A DNA stretch of 64,000 bases, taken from positions 1 to 64,000 of IMG/VR virus record IMGVR_UViG_3300035670_000044. The stretch is one strand, 5' to 3'. The notes below the pieces were generated by a model. That model did not search any database. It saw only the letters and a program-made list of their open reading frames with translations, and was not told the origin of the DNA. The stretch is from a virus. The stretch's first letter is position 1; every line of letters begins with the position of its first letter. A program made the translations under genes and the position numbers. This document shows, piece by piece, positions 16,613-26,249 of this stretch.

Positions 16613-19390
16613 ATGTCCCACCTAAACCCGATCGGGTACTCCATTCTTCCTCCGAATATGGCCAAAGCTTGTTTCGGGGAGGAGGCTGTGGCGGAGTATG
16701 AGCTAGGGTATTACACAAAAGTACTGCGAGATTCAAGCCTATCGTTCGTAAACGATATCAAAGAGGAGATGGAGAAATTTGGGGTTGAGTTCCCCATCAA
16801 AAATCCGGAGTCTTTTACCAATCTACCGGAGTTTTACATTCCCCCCCTCCGTGGAAAAAACATTGCTGAGCACTTTGACAACATCGGGAAAGAGATACTT
16901 TTAGGGAAGGTTCAGTTACTTAAGTCATTTGCTAACTGCGAAATACCCGAACCCCCGGGGGCGTCAGATCTCGTTTATTCCCCGGGCTGGACACGTTACC
17001 GTTGGGATCCAAACTCCCCCTGGGTGTGGACCGCAGAGGGTGTTGGTGGATCCGGATTGCGCGACGTGCCGATCGCCGTTTTTGACTGCGAAACCTTTGT
17101 CAAAGGTTCTGATTTCGGGCATCCTATACTTGCGACAGCCGTATCCCCCGACTCGTACTGGGTCTGGATGCACGAAAGTTTTGTGGACGAGACAATACCT
17201 TACAAGCCGGAATTGGTACCTTTGGGGACAGTCAATTCCCTCCTGATCGCCCACAACGTCGGATTTGACCGTCAACGTACCCAGGAAGCATACTATCTGG
17301 AGCACGACCCGTTCCACCCCACCAAACCCTTCGGAAACTTGTGGTTTGACACCATGTCCGCCCACATCAACGTTTCTGGGTTGGCGTCCGAACAGAGGTT
17401 CATGTTCACCCAAAATGACCCATCGTTTGCTGGGGTAACCCGTCCCGTTTGGGCCGAAAAAGGTTCCATGAACAACCTGGTGGACGCGTATAACTTCCAC
17501 TGCCAGCCCACTATCCCCCTGGAGAAAGAGTCCAAGAATACTCGAAACCTCTTTGTTACAGCGGAGTCGATGGGGGATTTTGTTCCGAATCGGGATGAGC
17601 TGGTAACCTACGCCCTTCGGGACGTCAAAACTACATACGACCTGTATTCCGTATTGGTTCTGAAGTATCTTCAGTCCAATCCCTCTCTCACCACTCTGTA
17701 CGGACATTTTGCCCAGACAGGATCGGTGTTGCCGGTAACGTCGGGTTGGACTGACTGGGTGGATAACTGCGAGAAGGTGTGGGAAGAGTCTATATCTAGA
17801 CAAGATGAGCTGTTGGGGGAAATGGCTGAACAGTTGCTGAAGGATTGGCGTGAAGACGAAGTAGACGTCGAATCGGATCCCTGGTTGTCTCAACTGGATT
17901 GGGAAGCCAACTACGCACTGAAGAAAGATGGTAAACCTAAATCGGTGTGGTACGGAATACCCATGTGGTACAGAAAAAACGCTAAGAACAGCAAAGAGCT
18001 AGGTCGTATTGTCCTCGAGCCTATTACCACAAAGAGCAGGGTCAGCCACATCCTATTGAGGTTGAAGTGGAAAGGACAACCGTTGGTGTACAACAGCTCG
18101 TTGGGTTGGACTTACTGGGATGACGAGAAGTCTCAGTACGAAAGAATCCCACACCCCGACGGGGACGGAGTCAATGTGGGAGGGGTTTTGAGCAAAGATT
18201 ACCTGGATGATTTTGAGTCAGGCACCTTGTCCAGCGATTTGCCTCAGGCTCAAGAACTAATTAAACTCTCGATCAAGGTTTCTTATTGGACTTCAGTCCG
18301 TAGTCGTGTCAAGGAACAATTGCCTGTAATGGCAAATGACTCCCCAGATATGACCATCATTATCCCCCAAACTGTACCCCACAACACCGCCACTAATAGG
18401 GCCGGAGAACGCCTCTGGTTAACTGTCCCGGACCCCAAGCCCGACAAAATTGGGACGGAGGTAAAGACTAGAGTGCAAGTAGAGTCACCCTGGACTTTTG
18501 TTTCCTCCGACTATGACGGTCAAGAATCCGTGGTGGCTTCAATCTTTGCGGATTCTTATTACAAGATAGCTGGCAGCACCCAATTTGGCCATAGTGTCTT
18601 GGCAGGATCAAAAGAAGACGGAACAGATATGCACAGTATGACTGCTAAAACCATCAGTATTTCAAGAACTATTGCTAAAAACTGCAACTACGGGATGCAA
18701 TATGGATCTGGAGCTAAAACTCTGGCGGCCACTATCCGAAAGGGTAATAAGTCAATTTCTCAAGAGCAGGCTTTGTCAATGGCCAGAATCCTGTTATCTA
18801 GGAAAAAGGGAAAAAAAGCTTCAGCCATGTCCCCCAATTATATCGGCGGTAGTGATTCATACTCTTATAACGAGATGGCCAGAATTGCCAATACCCCCGT
18901 CCCTGTTAATCCACTATCCGGAACCAGAATGTCCACAGCCTTCAGGCCACAAGTTGTCGGCAAAGACTTCTTCACTATGAGAAATAACTGGGTCATTCAA
19001 TCCACCGGAAGTGCTATGCTCCACGCATTTCTTACGGCCATGGAGCATCTGACTCGTCGTTTTGGAGTACCAGCTAGATTCTGCATGTCCGTACACGACA
19101 GCGTGTTGTTTATGTGCCGAGAGGAGGATGCCGACCTGGTCAGTGCTTTGTACCAGATCGCTCACTTGTGGTCGTGGGCCTGGCTTCGCTACAACTACGG
19201 TATCTGCGAGATGCCACATGCCAATGCGTGGTTCAGCAGCATCGAGGTGGATAAGATTTTCCGCAAGTCGGCCACAGCCAGCACCGTCACTGTGTCACAG
19301 CCCATCAGCGAGCCGGATGGTCGCGCCCATACGATTACAACCCTGGTTCCCGTGCTAAACTCTCTTCGTACCCTAGAACAAGTCACATGA
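16613..19390 (+). CDS. family A DNA polymerase, mitochondrial Pol-gamma-like
   Basis: Exo FDCETF, AHNVGFDR, FDTMSAHINVSG; pol SDYDGQE, RTIAKNCNYGMQYGSG, RNNWVIQSTG, SVHDSV. Confidence 0.9.
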   Translation: MSHLNPIGYSILPPNMAKACFGEEAVAEYELGYYTKVLRDSSLSFVNDIKEEMEKFGVEFPIKNPESFTNLPEFYIPPLRGKNIAEHFDNIGKEILLGKVQLLKSFANCEIPEPPGASDLVYSPGWTRYRWDPNSPWVWTAEGVGGSGLRDVPIAVFDCETFVKGSDFGHPILATAVSPDSYWVWMHESFVDETIPYKPELVPLGTVNSLLIAHNVGFDRQRTQEAYYLEHDPFHPTKPFGNLWFDTMSAHINVSGLASEQRFMFTQNDPSFAGVTRPVWAEKGSMNNLVDAYNFHCQPTIPLEKESKNTRNLFVTAESMGDFVPNRDELVTYALRDVKTTYDLYSVLVLKYLQSNPSLTTLYGHFAQTGSVLPVTSGWTDWVDNCEKVWEESISRQDELLGEMAEQLLKDWREDEVDVESDPWLSQLDWEANYALKKDGKPKSVWYGIPMWYRKNAKNSKELGRIVLEPITTKSRVSHILLRLKWKGQPLVYNSSLGWTYWDDEKSQYERIPHPDGDGVNVGGVLSKDYLDDFESGTLSSDLPQAQELIKLSIKVSYWTSVRSRVKEQLPVMANDSPDMTIIIPQTVPHNTATNRAGERLWLTVPDPKPDKIGTEVKTRVQVESPWTFVSSDYDGQESVVASIFADSYYKIAGSTQFGHSVLAGSKEDGTDMHSMTAKTISISRTIAKNCNYGMQYGSGAKTLAATIRKGNKSISQEQALSMARILLSRKKGKKASAMSPNYIGGSDSYSYNEMARIANTPVPVNPLSGTRMSTAFRPQVVGKDFFTMRNNWVIQSTGSAMLHAFLTAMEHLTRRFGVPARFCMSVHDSVLFMCREEDADLVSALYQIAHLWSWAWLRYNYGICEMPHANAWFSSIEVDKIFRKSATASTVTVSQPISEPDGRAHTITTLVPVLNSLRTLEQVT

Positions 19391-19686
19391 CGGAACTTCT
19401 CGACGACGCTATCGCCCAAGAATGCCTAACAGAGCGCGAATTCATTGGTGAGTTTGTCTCAGTTTGTGATGAATCCGACACGGATTACGTCTCAGGCCTC
19501 TTGGTCATGAACAGCCTCGACCCTAATAGTGAACTCTACAATCCCCTTTACTTTCTGCATGCCATTTTAACCGAAAAAGGTGAGCTCAGCAGTCGCGAGG
19601 CCATCACCCTCATCGATAATGCGTTTTACTCCCTTATCAGTGGGATGTCGGACGTGGTTGAGGGAGAGACCGACCCCGTGGTATAG
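19387..19686 (+). CDS. acidic hypothetical protein
   Basis: ATGA overlap with the polymerase stop. Confidence 0.65.
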   Translation: MTELLDDAIAQECLTEREFIGEFVSVCDESDTDYVSGLLVMNSLDPNSELYNPLYFLHAILTEKGELSSREAITLIDNAFYSLISGMSDVVEGETDPVV

Positions 19687-19942
19687 TTTTACCGGAAGCG
19701 GAATCCTGTCAAGGGGCGAGCGAGGATTCATGTCCTTACCCGTCCCTTTTTACTGACTTGACTGGAACCAGAGTCCAGTGCTAATCTCTCCCGTACGGGA
19801 TCGGTTTACCAGTCCCTAACCGTACAGTTTCTCGGTTTTTCCTTGTCGCTGTATGTCGCGATTCTATCCGAGCGGGGGCAAATGGGGGCGTTAGCTCCTA
19901 CCTCGCCACCGAGATGAAATCGTTGCCCTTTGCAAAAGCCCT

Positions 19943-20308
19943 ATGCTCATCAAATCTCTCGCATTAGCTGCACTGACCATGGCTACCGTCTCGGTAGCAG
20001 ACCCAGTCGAAGCCTCCACCCGTTGTGGTGGTACCAGTCACTACGGAGTCGGAGACGGCTATGCCTGGCGTACAACCGCCAGCGGTCGTCCTATGGACCC
20101 GTATGCCAATATCACCGCACACCGTTCTCTCCCCTTCGGTACCCGTCTCAGGGTCACGAACCAGTCCAATGGCAAGTCGGTGGTGGTGACTGTGCTCGAC
20201 CGTGGGCCATTTGTTGCTGGTCGCGTTCTGGACCTCTCCTACGGAGCATTTTCCAGGATCGCATCGCCATCATCAGGTGTGGCCAGCGTGTGCTATTCGA
20301 GAATCTAA
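19943..20308 (+). CDS. rlpA: RlpA-family lytic transglycosylase (DPBB fold)
   Basis: Signal peptide, TASG, AHRSLPFGT, DRGPFVAGRVLDLSYGAF. Confidence 0.88.
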   Translation: MLIKSLALAALTMATVSVADPVEASTRCGGTSHYGVGDGYAWRTTASGRPMDPYANITAHRSLPFGTRLRVTNQSNGKSVVVTVLDRGPFVAGRVLDLSYGAFSRIASPSSGVASVCYSRI

Positions 20309-20320
20309 GACAGATACTCT

Positions 20321-20348
20321 TGCATTTTTTGGATTCCTCCTCTATAAT
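20321..20348 (+). promoter_or_regulatory. sigma70-like promoter
   Basis: TTGCAT-16 nt-TATAAT, then a GAGGAGG RBS. Confidence 0.65.
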
Positions 20349-20369
20349 CCGTAGAGGAGGTTTTCTTTT

Positions 20370-21578
20370 ATGGCCAGGCGTGTTACAGAGCAAGAGTACG
20401 ATATGAGAATTGCTGTACACAATAAAGTAGCACGTGTTGAAAAATTTATAGACACACAAACTAGAATTTTGCATAGGTGCTTGATCCATAATTACGAATG
20501 TATGGCATACCCTAGCAACATGATTAAAGGGCATGGTTTATACTGTTGCGGTAAAACAAAAAATAAAAGTTTGCAAAATAAAAATACTTACTCTGAAAAA
20601 GTTTTAAAGCTAGGTAAAATGGAGGTAGTAGACGAGTACGTAGGCCTAAATAAGGAAATAAGACACAGGTGCTTAAAACACGGACACGTTGAATTGGCTA
20701 AACCCTTGAGCGTTTTAAACGGTGCTTACTTGTCATGCTGTGGAACTTCTACATCAAATGCTTTATTAAGGGATACTTACAAAGAAAGAGTAAAATCCAT
20801 AGGAAGAGTAGAATGCTTAGAGGACTATGTTGACTCTGAAATCCCATTGTTGCACAGGTGTCCAACTCATAACTACACTGGCTACTGTTTACCAAAGAGT
20901 ATTTTGTCCGGGTATGGGCTATCCTGTTGTGGGTCAAGGGGTAGAAATTGGACCTGCAGGGATTCTTACGTACAAAGGGTAAACGAGATAGGCAAAGTTG
21001 AAGTCCTTGGCAGTTACGTAAATAGCACTACCCCTATTTTACACAGATGCTTGGAGCATAACCATGTAGCATTGGCACAACCTTCTAGTATTTTATCCGG
21101 GAAAAGTCTAGAGTGTTGCAAGTATAGGCTTGAGTCTATTTTAAATCTGTTAAATAAAGATGACAGGAGGGACACATGCGTTTACCTCTACAAACTATCT
21201 AATTTTAGCGGGTTTGTAAAATTAGGTATTAGTAACAATGTTAAATTTAGGGCCAAAGATCCGCACTACGGGGATTTTATTTGCTCTTGGCATTCTAATT
21301 CCAGACTAGAGTGCTACTGTGTAGAACAAGCATCCTTAAAGGATGTAGCTTTAACTAAAAATTGCCCAGAAAAATTGCAAAAGAACAAATGGATAGGGTG
21401 TTCTGAGGTTCTAAACTGCCCAGAAGACTTAGCGGTACAAGTTGTTCAGTATTATTGGGATTATATGCAAAAAGTTGGACCATACCAGTTCATACTAGAA
21501 TACCTCTCTCCTGGCAAAAAAGAGAGGCAAATATGTCTAATTAGGACAATGGAGCTGTTAAATTTTGTCAATAGTTGA
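20370..21578 (+). CDS. putative free-standing endonuclease: four Cys/His repeats plus a GIY-YIG/T5orf172-like domain
   Basis: HRCxxH...CCG/CCK x4; VYLYKL...VKLGISNN...R; AT-rich. Confidence 0.65.
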   Translation: MARRVTEQEYDMRIAVHNKVARVEKFIDTQTRILHRCLIHNYECMAYPSNMIKGHGLYCCGKTKNKSLQNKNTYSEKVLKLGKMEVVDEYVGLNKEIRHRCLKHGHVELAKPLSVLNGAYLSCCGTSTSNALLRDTYKERVKSIGRVECLEDYVDSEIPLLHRCPTHNYTGYCLPKSILSGYGLSCCGSRGRNWTCRDSYVQRVNEIGKVEVLGSYVNSTTPILHRCLEHNHVALAQPSSILSGKSLECCKYRLESILNLLNKDDRRDTCVYLYKLSNFSGFVKLGISNNVKFRAKDPHYGDFICSWHSNSRLECYCVEQASLKDVALTKNCPEKLQKNKWIGCSEVLNCPEDLAVQVVQYYWDYMQKVGPYQFILEYLSPGKKERQICLIRTMELLNFVNS

Positions 21579-21971
21579 TCCTAACAGGTAAAGCAAAGTT
21601 CTTGACTCGGTCATCATACCCTCCACGATATTTAGGATCCCGTACTCATCCCCCTTATCAGCCTCTTTGTGGGCCTCATCTAGCGCATCGCAGTACTCTT
21701 CCACAACACCGTAGAGTTCTTTTACCAGTTCTGTTGCCGTGCTCCACTCGAGCTCGGGAACGTCATGGAAGATTTTAGCCGGGATCTCAATACCGTTACC
21801 ACGAGTCTGCTCAGCTACAGGGTCCAGGTTGGCACTGGCCATGCCGTAAATCCGGGCGAATAGTTCGTGGTACTGAGGGAACTCAGGGCCGGTCACATTC
21901 CAATGCGCGAGTTGAGCGGCTCCGCTGAGGTTGTTGATGGCGGTAAGGAGGTTTAGTAGTGCGGTTTCCAT
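21558..21971 (-). CDS. dps: Dps/ferritin-like protein
   Basis: AHWNVTGPEFPQYHELF...DPVAEQTR. Confidence 0.85.
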   Translation of the reverse strand: METALLNLLTAINNLSGAAQLAHWNVTGPEFPQYHELFARIYGMASANLDPVAEQTRGNGIEIPAKIFHDVPELEWSTATELVKELYGVVEEYCDALDEAHKEADKGDEYGILNIVEGMMTESRTLLYLLGSTIDKI

Positions 21972-22016
21972 GGGGGTTAGGGGGGGGGGGGGTGAGGGGT
22001 TGGTTAACAAGCGCGG

Positions 22017-22964
22017 CTAGGTGACCGACCGCTCATTGTACACCGGATTGGGTTTAATAGATAGGGTCTGGTACGAGCTGGTCTGTGGTTCAGTGTTGGG
22101 GACTGTATCCACAGAGTTACGCCACAATCCCGCCTCGATATTCAACTTGAACCAATCAGGATACTCACTCCCTAAATCTATCCCCTTCCTGCTGCACTTC
22201 CACACGTCGGTCAACGTTCCGGTAACCACCTTGTTGTTGTCTATCGTCCCATTGGCGCGAATTGCGGTGATCGGGGTAAACGTGTAAGTGGCGTTACCGT
22301 CTCCAGGGTTAGTGCAGGTCACGGAGAGGTTGTCCCCAATTAATCTCCCGCATCTCACGTCTTCAACAACATACCTCTGGACGGTACCTGGCCCAATTGT
22401 ACGACGCCACACCGCTAGCCCTGTTTGTCGACTTTCAGCCCCCGGAGTTACCAGGCATTTTCTGACTGGCAGAAAATCTCCAACCTTGACTGGGTCGAAA
22501 GCGGCGCATGGTTGGCTGTAGAACCGGCCGTCCGCAATCAGGACATCGATAGTGTAGGTTTGTTCGTAGACGAACTGGCTAGCGTCCTTCGTGACCTGGA
22601 CAAATCTCTCCGGACCCAGCTCAAAGCCAGTTTGAAACTCCAGACCGGGGACTTCAGGAACCCACCCCGTTACCGCGTCAGCCAAAAGGTCCAGGATAGG
22701 TAAACAGAAGGAGTGTCCCTCCCTCTGCACTTGCTTCTGCACTAATGTAAGTGTGTAATTAATCGATCTGGAACGAACAGTGGGTATGTAAGCTCCTTTA
22801 TTCGGGTTGTTCGTTGTGGCTGCTGTAAATGACACCACGATCATGGCCTGCTCAGCCACGCGTCCTGATTGATCAAGCTCCTCCGCTAGCCTCAGCACTA
22901 CTGCGCTTTGGCCCAAGGTCTCGTGGACCTTCTTGTAGAGTTGATTTTCGATTTCAAGAAGCAT
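22017..22964 (-). CDS. Mu gp37-like tail completion protein with a C-terminal extension
   Basis: MLLEIENQL...LPILDLLADAVTGW...ERFV; motif at 23011. Confidence 0.55.
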   Translation of the reverse strand: MLLEIENQLYKKVHETLGQSAVVLRLAEELDQSGRVAEQAMIVVSFTAATTNNPNKGAYIPTVRSRSINYTLTLVQKQVQREGHSFCLPILDLLADAVTGWVPEVPGLEFQTGFELGPERFVQVTKDASQFVYEQTYTIDVLIADGRFYSQPCAAFDPVKVGDFLPVRKCLVTPGAESRQTGLAVWRRTIGPGTVQRYVVEDVRCGRLIGDNLSVTCTNPGDGNATYTFTPITAIRANGTIDNNKVVTGTLTDVWKCSRKGIDLGSEYPDWFKLNIEAGLWRNSVDTVPNTEPQTSSYQTLSIKPNPVYNERSVT

Positions 22965-23157
22965 GGACAGCCCAGGCGTGCTACAGTGGATTGGTACACC
23001 CCACCATACTGCTTTCAACAGTAATGTCTTTTGAGACTGCCTTGACTACAGTAATAGTGACACTAGTTCTTACGATTGTAACTATTTCAATTGTGTACGG
23101 AATTGCTATCACTATTTTTACGTTGAAGGGGATTATGGAGGGGAATAAAAAACCGCT

Positions 23158-23388
23158 ATGAACACCATTATCAGGCCCAAAGTCCCAGATTTGGTCTGGG
23201 ATAACCTCCTCGATAACACTTACCACTGTTACGTTATTGCTCAAACTGACACTTACGGGTATTTGCGTATGGAAAGGCTCGACACGGGTGAACGTATTCT
23301 CGACCTAAAAGTACCGATTTCCCGGTATTTCTCAGAGCAGGATATCCTGTCCTGGGGAGACACTTGCATGGGGCGGATCGATGGGTAA
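23158..23388 (+). CDS. hypothetical protein
   Basis: ATG with an upstream GGAGGGG. Confidence 0.6.
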   Translation: MNTIIRPKVPDLVWDNLLDNTYHCYVIAQTDTYGYLRMERLDTGERILDLKVPISRYFSEQDILSWGDTCMGRIDG

Positions 23389-23551
23389 GGGTATTCGCCA
23401 CCACGAGCGTCGTCTACTGGCCCGAATGGTACAAGCCGAAACTGTGACGGATCGGTCCACGGCTCAACGCATTTTGAAGAAAGTAGACAAGCATAGGCGT
23501 AAGATCTCCCGTCTCCGACAACTAGTCAGGAAACTATTTGGTGGGATCTGA
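23381..23551 (+). CDS. small basic protein
   Basis: 56-aa ORF overlapping the previous stop. Confidence 0.5.
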   Translation: MGKGIRHHERRLLARMVQAETVTDRSTAQRILKKVDKHRRKISRLRQLVRKLFGGI

Positions 23552-23554
23552 ACT

Positions 23555-23779
23555 ATGGCCAATCATGTAACAACAGAGGCCGGATTAAGACGATTAATCA
23601 ACAAGAGCAAAGAGATCTTGAGCAAAGAAACAGAGATCTTGAGCAAAGAAACAGAGATCTTAAGCGGACAAAACAGTCGGATCTCATCCTTGATCTACTT
23701 AATGAGAGTAGCAAGGGGAGGGGTCCGTAAATTAGGGCAAAAGGTGCTGACGCCAACCGACTCAGAACTCCCCTCCTGA
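23555..23779 (+). CDS. hypothetical protein with an EILSKET heptad repeat
   Basis: 21-bp tandem unit GAGATCTTGAGCAAAGAAACA, about 2.5 copies. Confidence 0.45.
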   Translation: MANHVTTEAGLRRLINKSKEILSKETEILSKETEILSGQNSRISSLIYLMRVARGGVRKLGQKVLTPTDSELPS

Positions 23780-24121
23780 TACGAACTCCAGAAGCTCCCA
23801 CAGACCCGTGGTATAGTTGTATGCGAGGATGTCCCCGGGCTGAGGGGAACGCTGGAAATTGACATCGGCCAGGTCGCGTAACTTCCTTGTCGCCTCGAGA
23901 TTAATAATGTACTGGCGAAGTTCGCTAGACGATTGTTTGTACAGGGTCGAGTCAGGGAACACCCCGAAGTTCGATACGTTCAACCCCTGCAATCCGCTGT
24001 TGTTGTATCCGCAACCGGTGGTTCCGGAGGACGGAACAATCGTCAACAGACTGGAGCCCCCAGGCATTCCTGGGTTGAGCGGGTCGTACCCGTAAGTTTG
24101 ATTCTCGTCAGAGCTCCACAT
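23762..24121 (-). CDS. putative virion protein
   Basis: LRDLADV...PQPGDILAYNYTTGLW motif typical of virion proteins. Confidence 0.6.
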   Translation of the reverse strand: MWSSDENQTYGYDPLNPGMPGGSSLLTIVPSSGTTGCGYNNSGLQGLNVSNFGVFPDSTLYKQSSSELRQYIINLEATRKLRDLADVNFQRSPQPGDILAYNYTTGLWELLEFVSGGEF

Positions 24122-24133
24122 GGCGGTAAGGGG

Positions 24134-24922
24134 TTAGAAGGTGTCGGCCTCTTGGAGGCCGCCGGAGATGGTGATATCCCCGTCGGTGTTCTCAACAACC
24201 AGGACATCTCCATCACCTGGTGTGACAGCACCCTGGGAATCAGCGAAGGATGCGATATCTCGGGTCGTCTCCAACTCATCGAACAGTCTGTTCACCTCGA
24301 GAGTGCTGTTTCCGATGAGGGTCGGATTCTGCCGGTCCAGTGATCCGCTGAGCCTCCGGGGGGAGACATGATCGATAACAGGTGCCGGTTTCCGCTTGTA
24401 GGGGTTCCAACGGTTGTTGGTGCCCCACCGCATCTCCCAACGGGCCAGGGAGGCATCGGTGAACGCCCGGTCACGCTGAGTGTTGGACATTACCATCGCG
24501 CAGGAGCTATTCCAGTACCGGTAGGCCTCCTGCCACTTAAGTCCAGATGAGGGGGATTCCTTAGAGGCCCATAGGTCTAGCTGTTTCATCGCGGCTTCTG
24601 CGGCGTCTACGACCTGCTGCCGAGGGCGTAGGGTATCCAGGTACCAGCGAGCCAGGGTGGCCTGGGTCCGGCGGTACGATCCCGCAATCAGGAGCTTTCC
24701 CTGGGGAGGGGCTGTCTCGATAAAATTGTTTATAAGTACGGCGGCATCGTGAAGAGCAACCTGGATACGCTGGTAGTTGATTGTGTTGGCGGTCGGATCC
24801 TCAAGACGGGATAGTTCCAGGGCCTCGTTAAACCCAAATACCTCGATAAAGTAGTCTACGGTGGCCGGGTTGCAGTTGTTGGCAACACCGTAGGCGTCAG
24901 GGGGCGGAGTGTATGGGGACAC
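24134..24922 (-). CDS. Mu gp36-like (DUF1320) head-tail connector
   Basis: ATVDYFIEVFG...RIQVALHDA...TLARWYLD. Confidence 0.7.
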   Translation of the reverse strand: MSPYTPPPDAYGVANNCNPATVDYFIEVFGFNEALELSRLEDPTANTINYQRIQVALHDAAVLINNFIETAPPQGKLLIAGSYRRTQATLARWYLDTLRPRQQVVDAAEAAMKQLDLWASKESPSSGLKWQEAYRYWNSSCAMVMSNTQRDRAFTDASLARWEMRWGTNNRWNPYKRKPAPVIDHVSPRRLSGSLDRQNPTLIGNSTLEVNRLFDELETTRDIASFADSQGAVTPGDGDVLVVENTDGDITISGGLQEADTF

Positions 24923-25015
24923 AGGAGTTTGGCGTTACTACTTCTATATAGCTTTCAACGCGGGGTGGTGGTTGAAAGTATGTTAGGATGGGTGTATAAG
25001 CTACTAGCTGTCGCT

Positions 25016-26204
25016 ATGCCTGATAACAACTTCGTGGTTTATGCGTATGTCCGGAGTGGTCCAGATAGGTTCGGCAGGGTCGGGACGTTTTATTACATTG
25101 GAAAAGGTAACCTTAAACGACCGTATAAGTGTGGGAAGGGGAATAGAAGGGTAAACTGCCCTAGAGATAGAAAAAATAATATCATTATTTTGCACAAAAA
25201 CTTAAAAGAAGAAACGGCTTTTGACTACGAAAAGAAATTAATTGAGTTCTACGGAAGGATAGGCACCACCGATTTTGGAATTTTAAGGAATTCTACAGAC
25301 GGGGGAGAGGGGGCATCAGGCGCTTACCAGAGTTCTGCCGACTGGTGGCACCCTTTACATGGGGAATTTTTACAAAAATCTTGCACAGAGATAGCAAAAA
25401 TTAGTAAAGACAAGAGCACAATATTGAGCGGTTTATCCCAGGTAATTAACGGAAAGTCTTTTTCTTACAAGGGCTGGAGACTGTTAAAAAATAAACCTAA
25501 AAGTATGCCGATTCAATATGTAAGAATTGACTGGTACCATAAAGATTTTGGTTACCAGTACAGTAAAACATGCAAAGAGATAAGGGCTGTGGATACAAGA
25601 TTAAAAACTTATTCTGAACTATACCGTGTAGTTCTTAAGGAACATGTTGAGGCCTGGGGTTGGTGTAGGGCTGATAGAATACCAGTTCATTACATGAAAC
25701 ACAACTGGTTTAATGAAAAATTTGGGCAGATTTACAATAAAACCGCCACTGAAATCATAGATATTGCAAAAGATCCTAACCTCAGAATAGAACGTTTACA
25801 TGGGATAATAGCCGGAAATGTGAAAACAACTTTAGGCTGGTGCAGTCTAGAAAATATATCAATAAAGTCTAAAAAAATGTGACTGGTATCATCCAGATTT
25901 TGGTATACTTGTTGGGAAAACTTCTCTAGAAATTTTAGAGATAAGCGGAGAGAATTTCAGGGTTAGCAGGTTATACGATGTTATTAACAAAAAATCTAAT
26001 GAGTATAATAAGTGGTGCAGAGCAGATAGTATACCTAGACGACACTGGAAGTTTAATTGGTACCACCCTTTTCACGGAAAAATACTGCAAAAAACAGCAC
26101 ATCAAGTAAATGTTATGTATAACATAACATACAGATTAGACTATTTGCACGATGTTACAACAGGAGTTAGGCTTAGTTATCTTGGCTGGACTGTTTTTAA
26201 ATAA
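25016..26204 (+). CDS. free-standing GIY-YIG-like homing endonuclease with DWYHP repeats; +1 frameshift at A7 (25871-25877)
   Basis: YAYVR...YYIGKG...R, NSTDGGEG; repeats continue in the +1 frame to TAA 26204. Confidence 0.7.
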
Positions 26205-26230
26205 AAAAAAAGCCCACCTTTAGGGTGGGC
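26205..26230. terminator. intrinsic terminator between convergent genes (U-tract on the minus strand)
   Basis: A-run + GCCCACC TTTAG GGTGGGC. Confidence 0.75.
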
Positions 26231-26249
26231 AATCAGGTTTTAACCCTTT

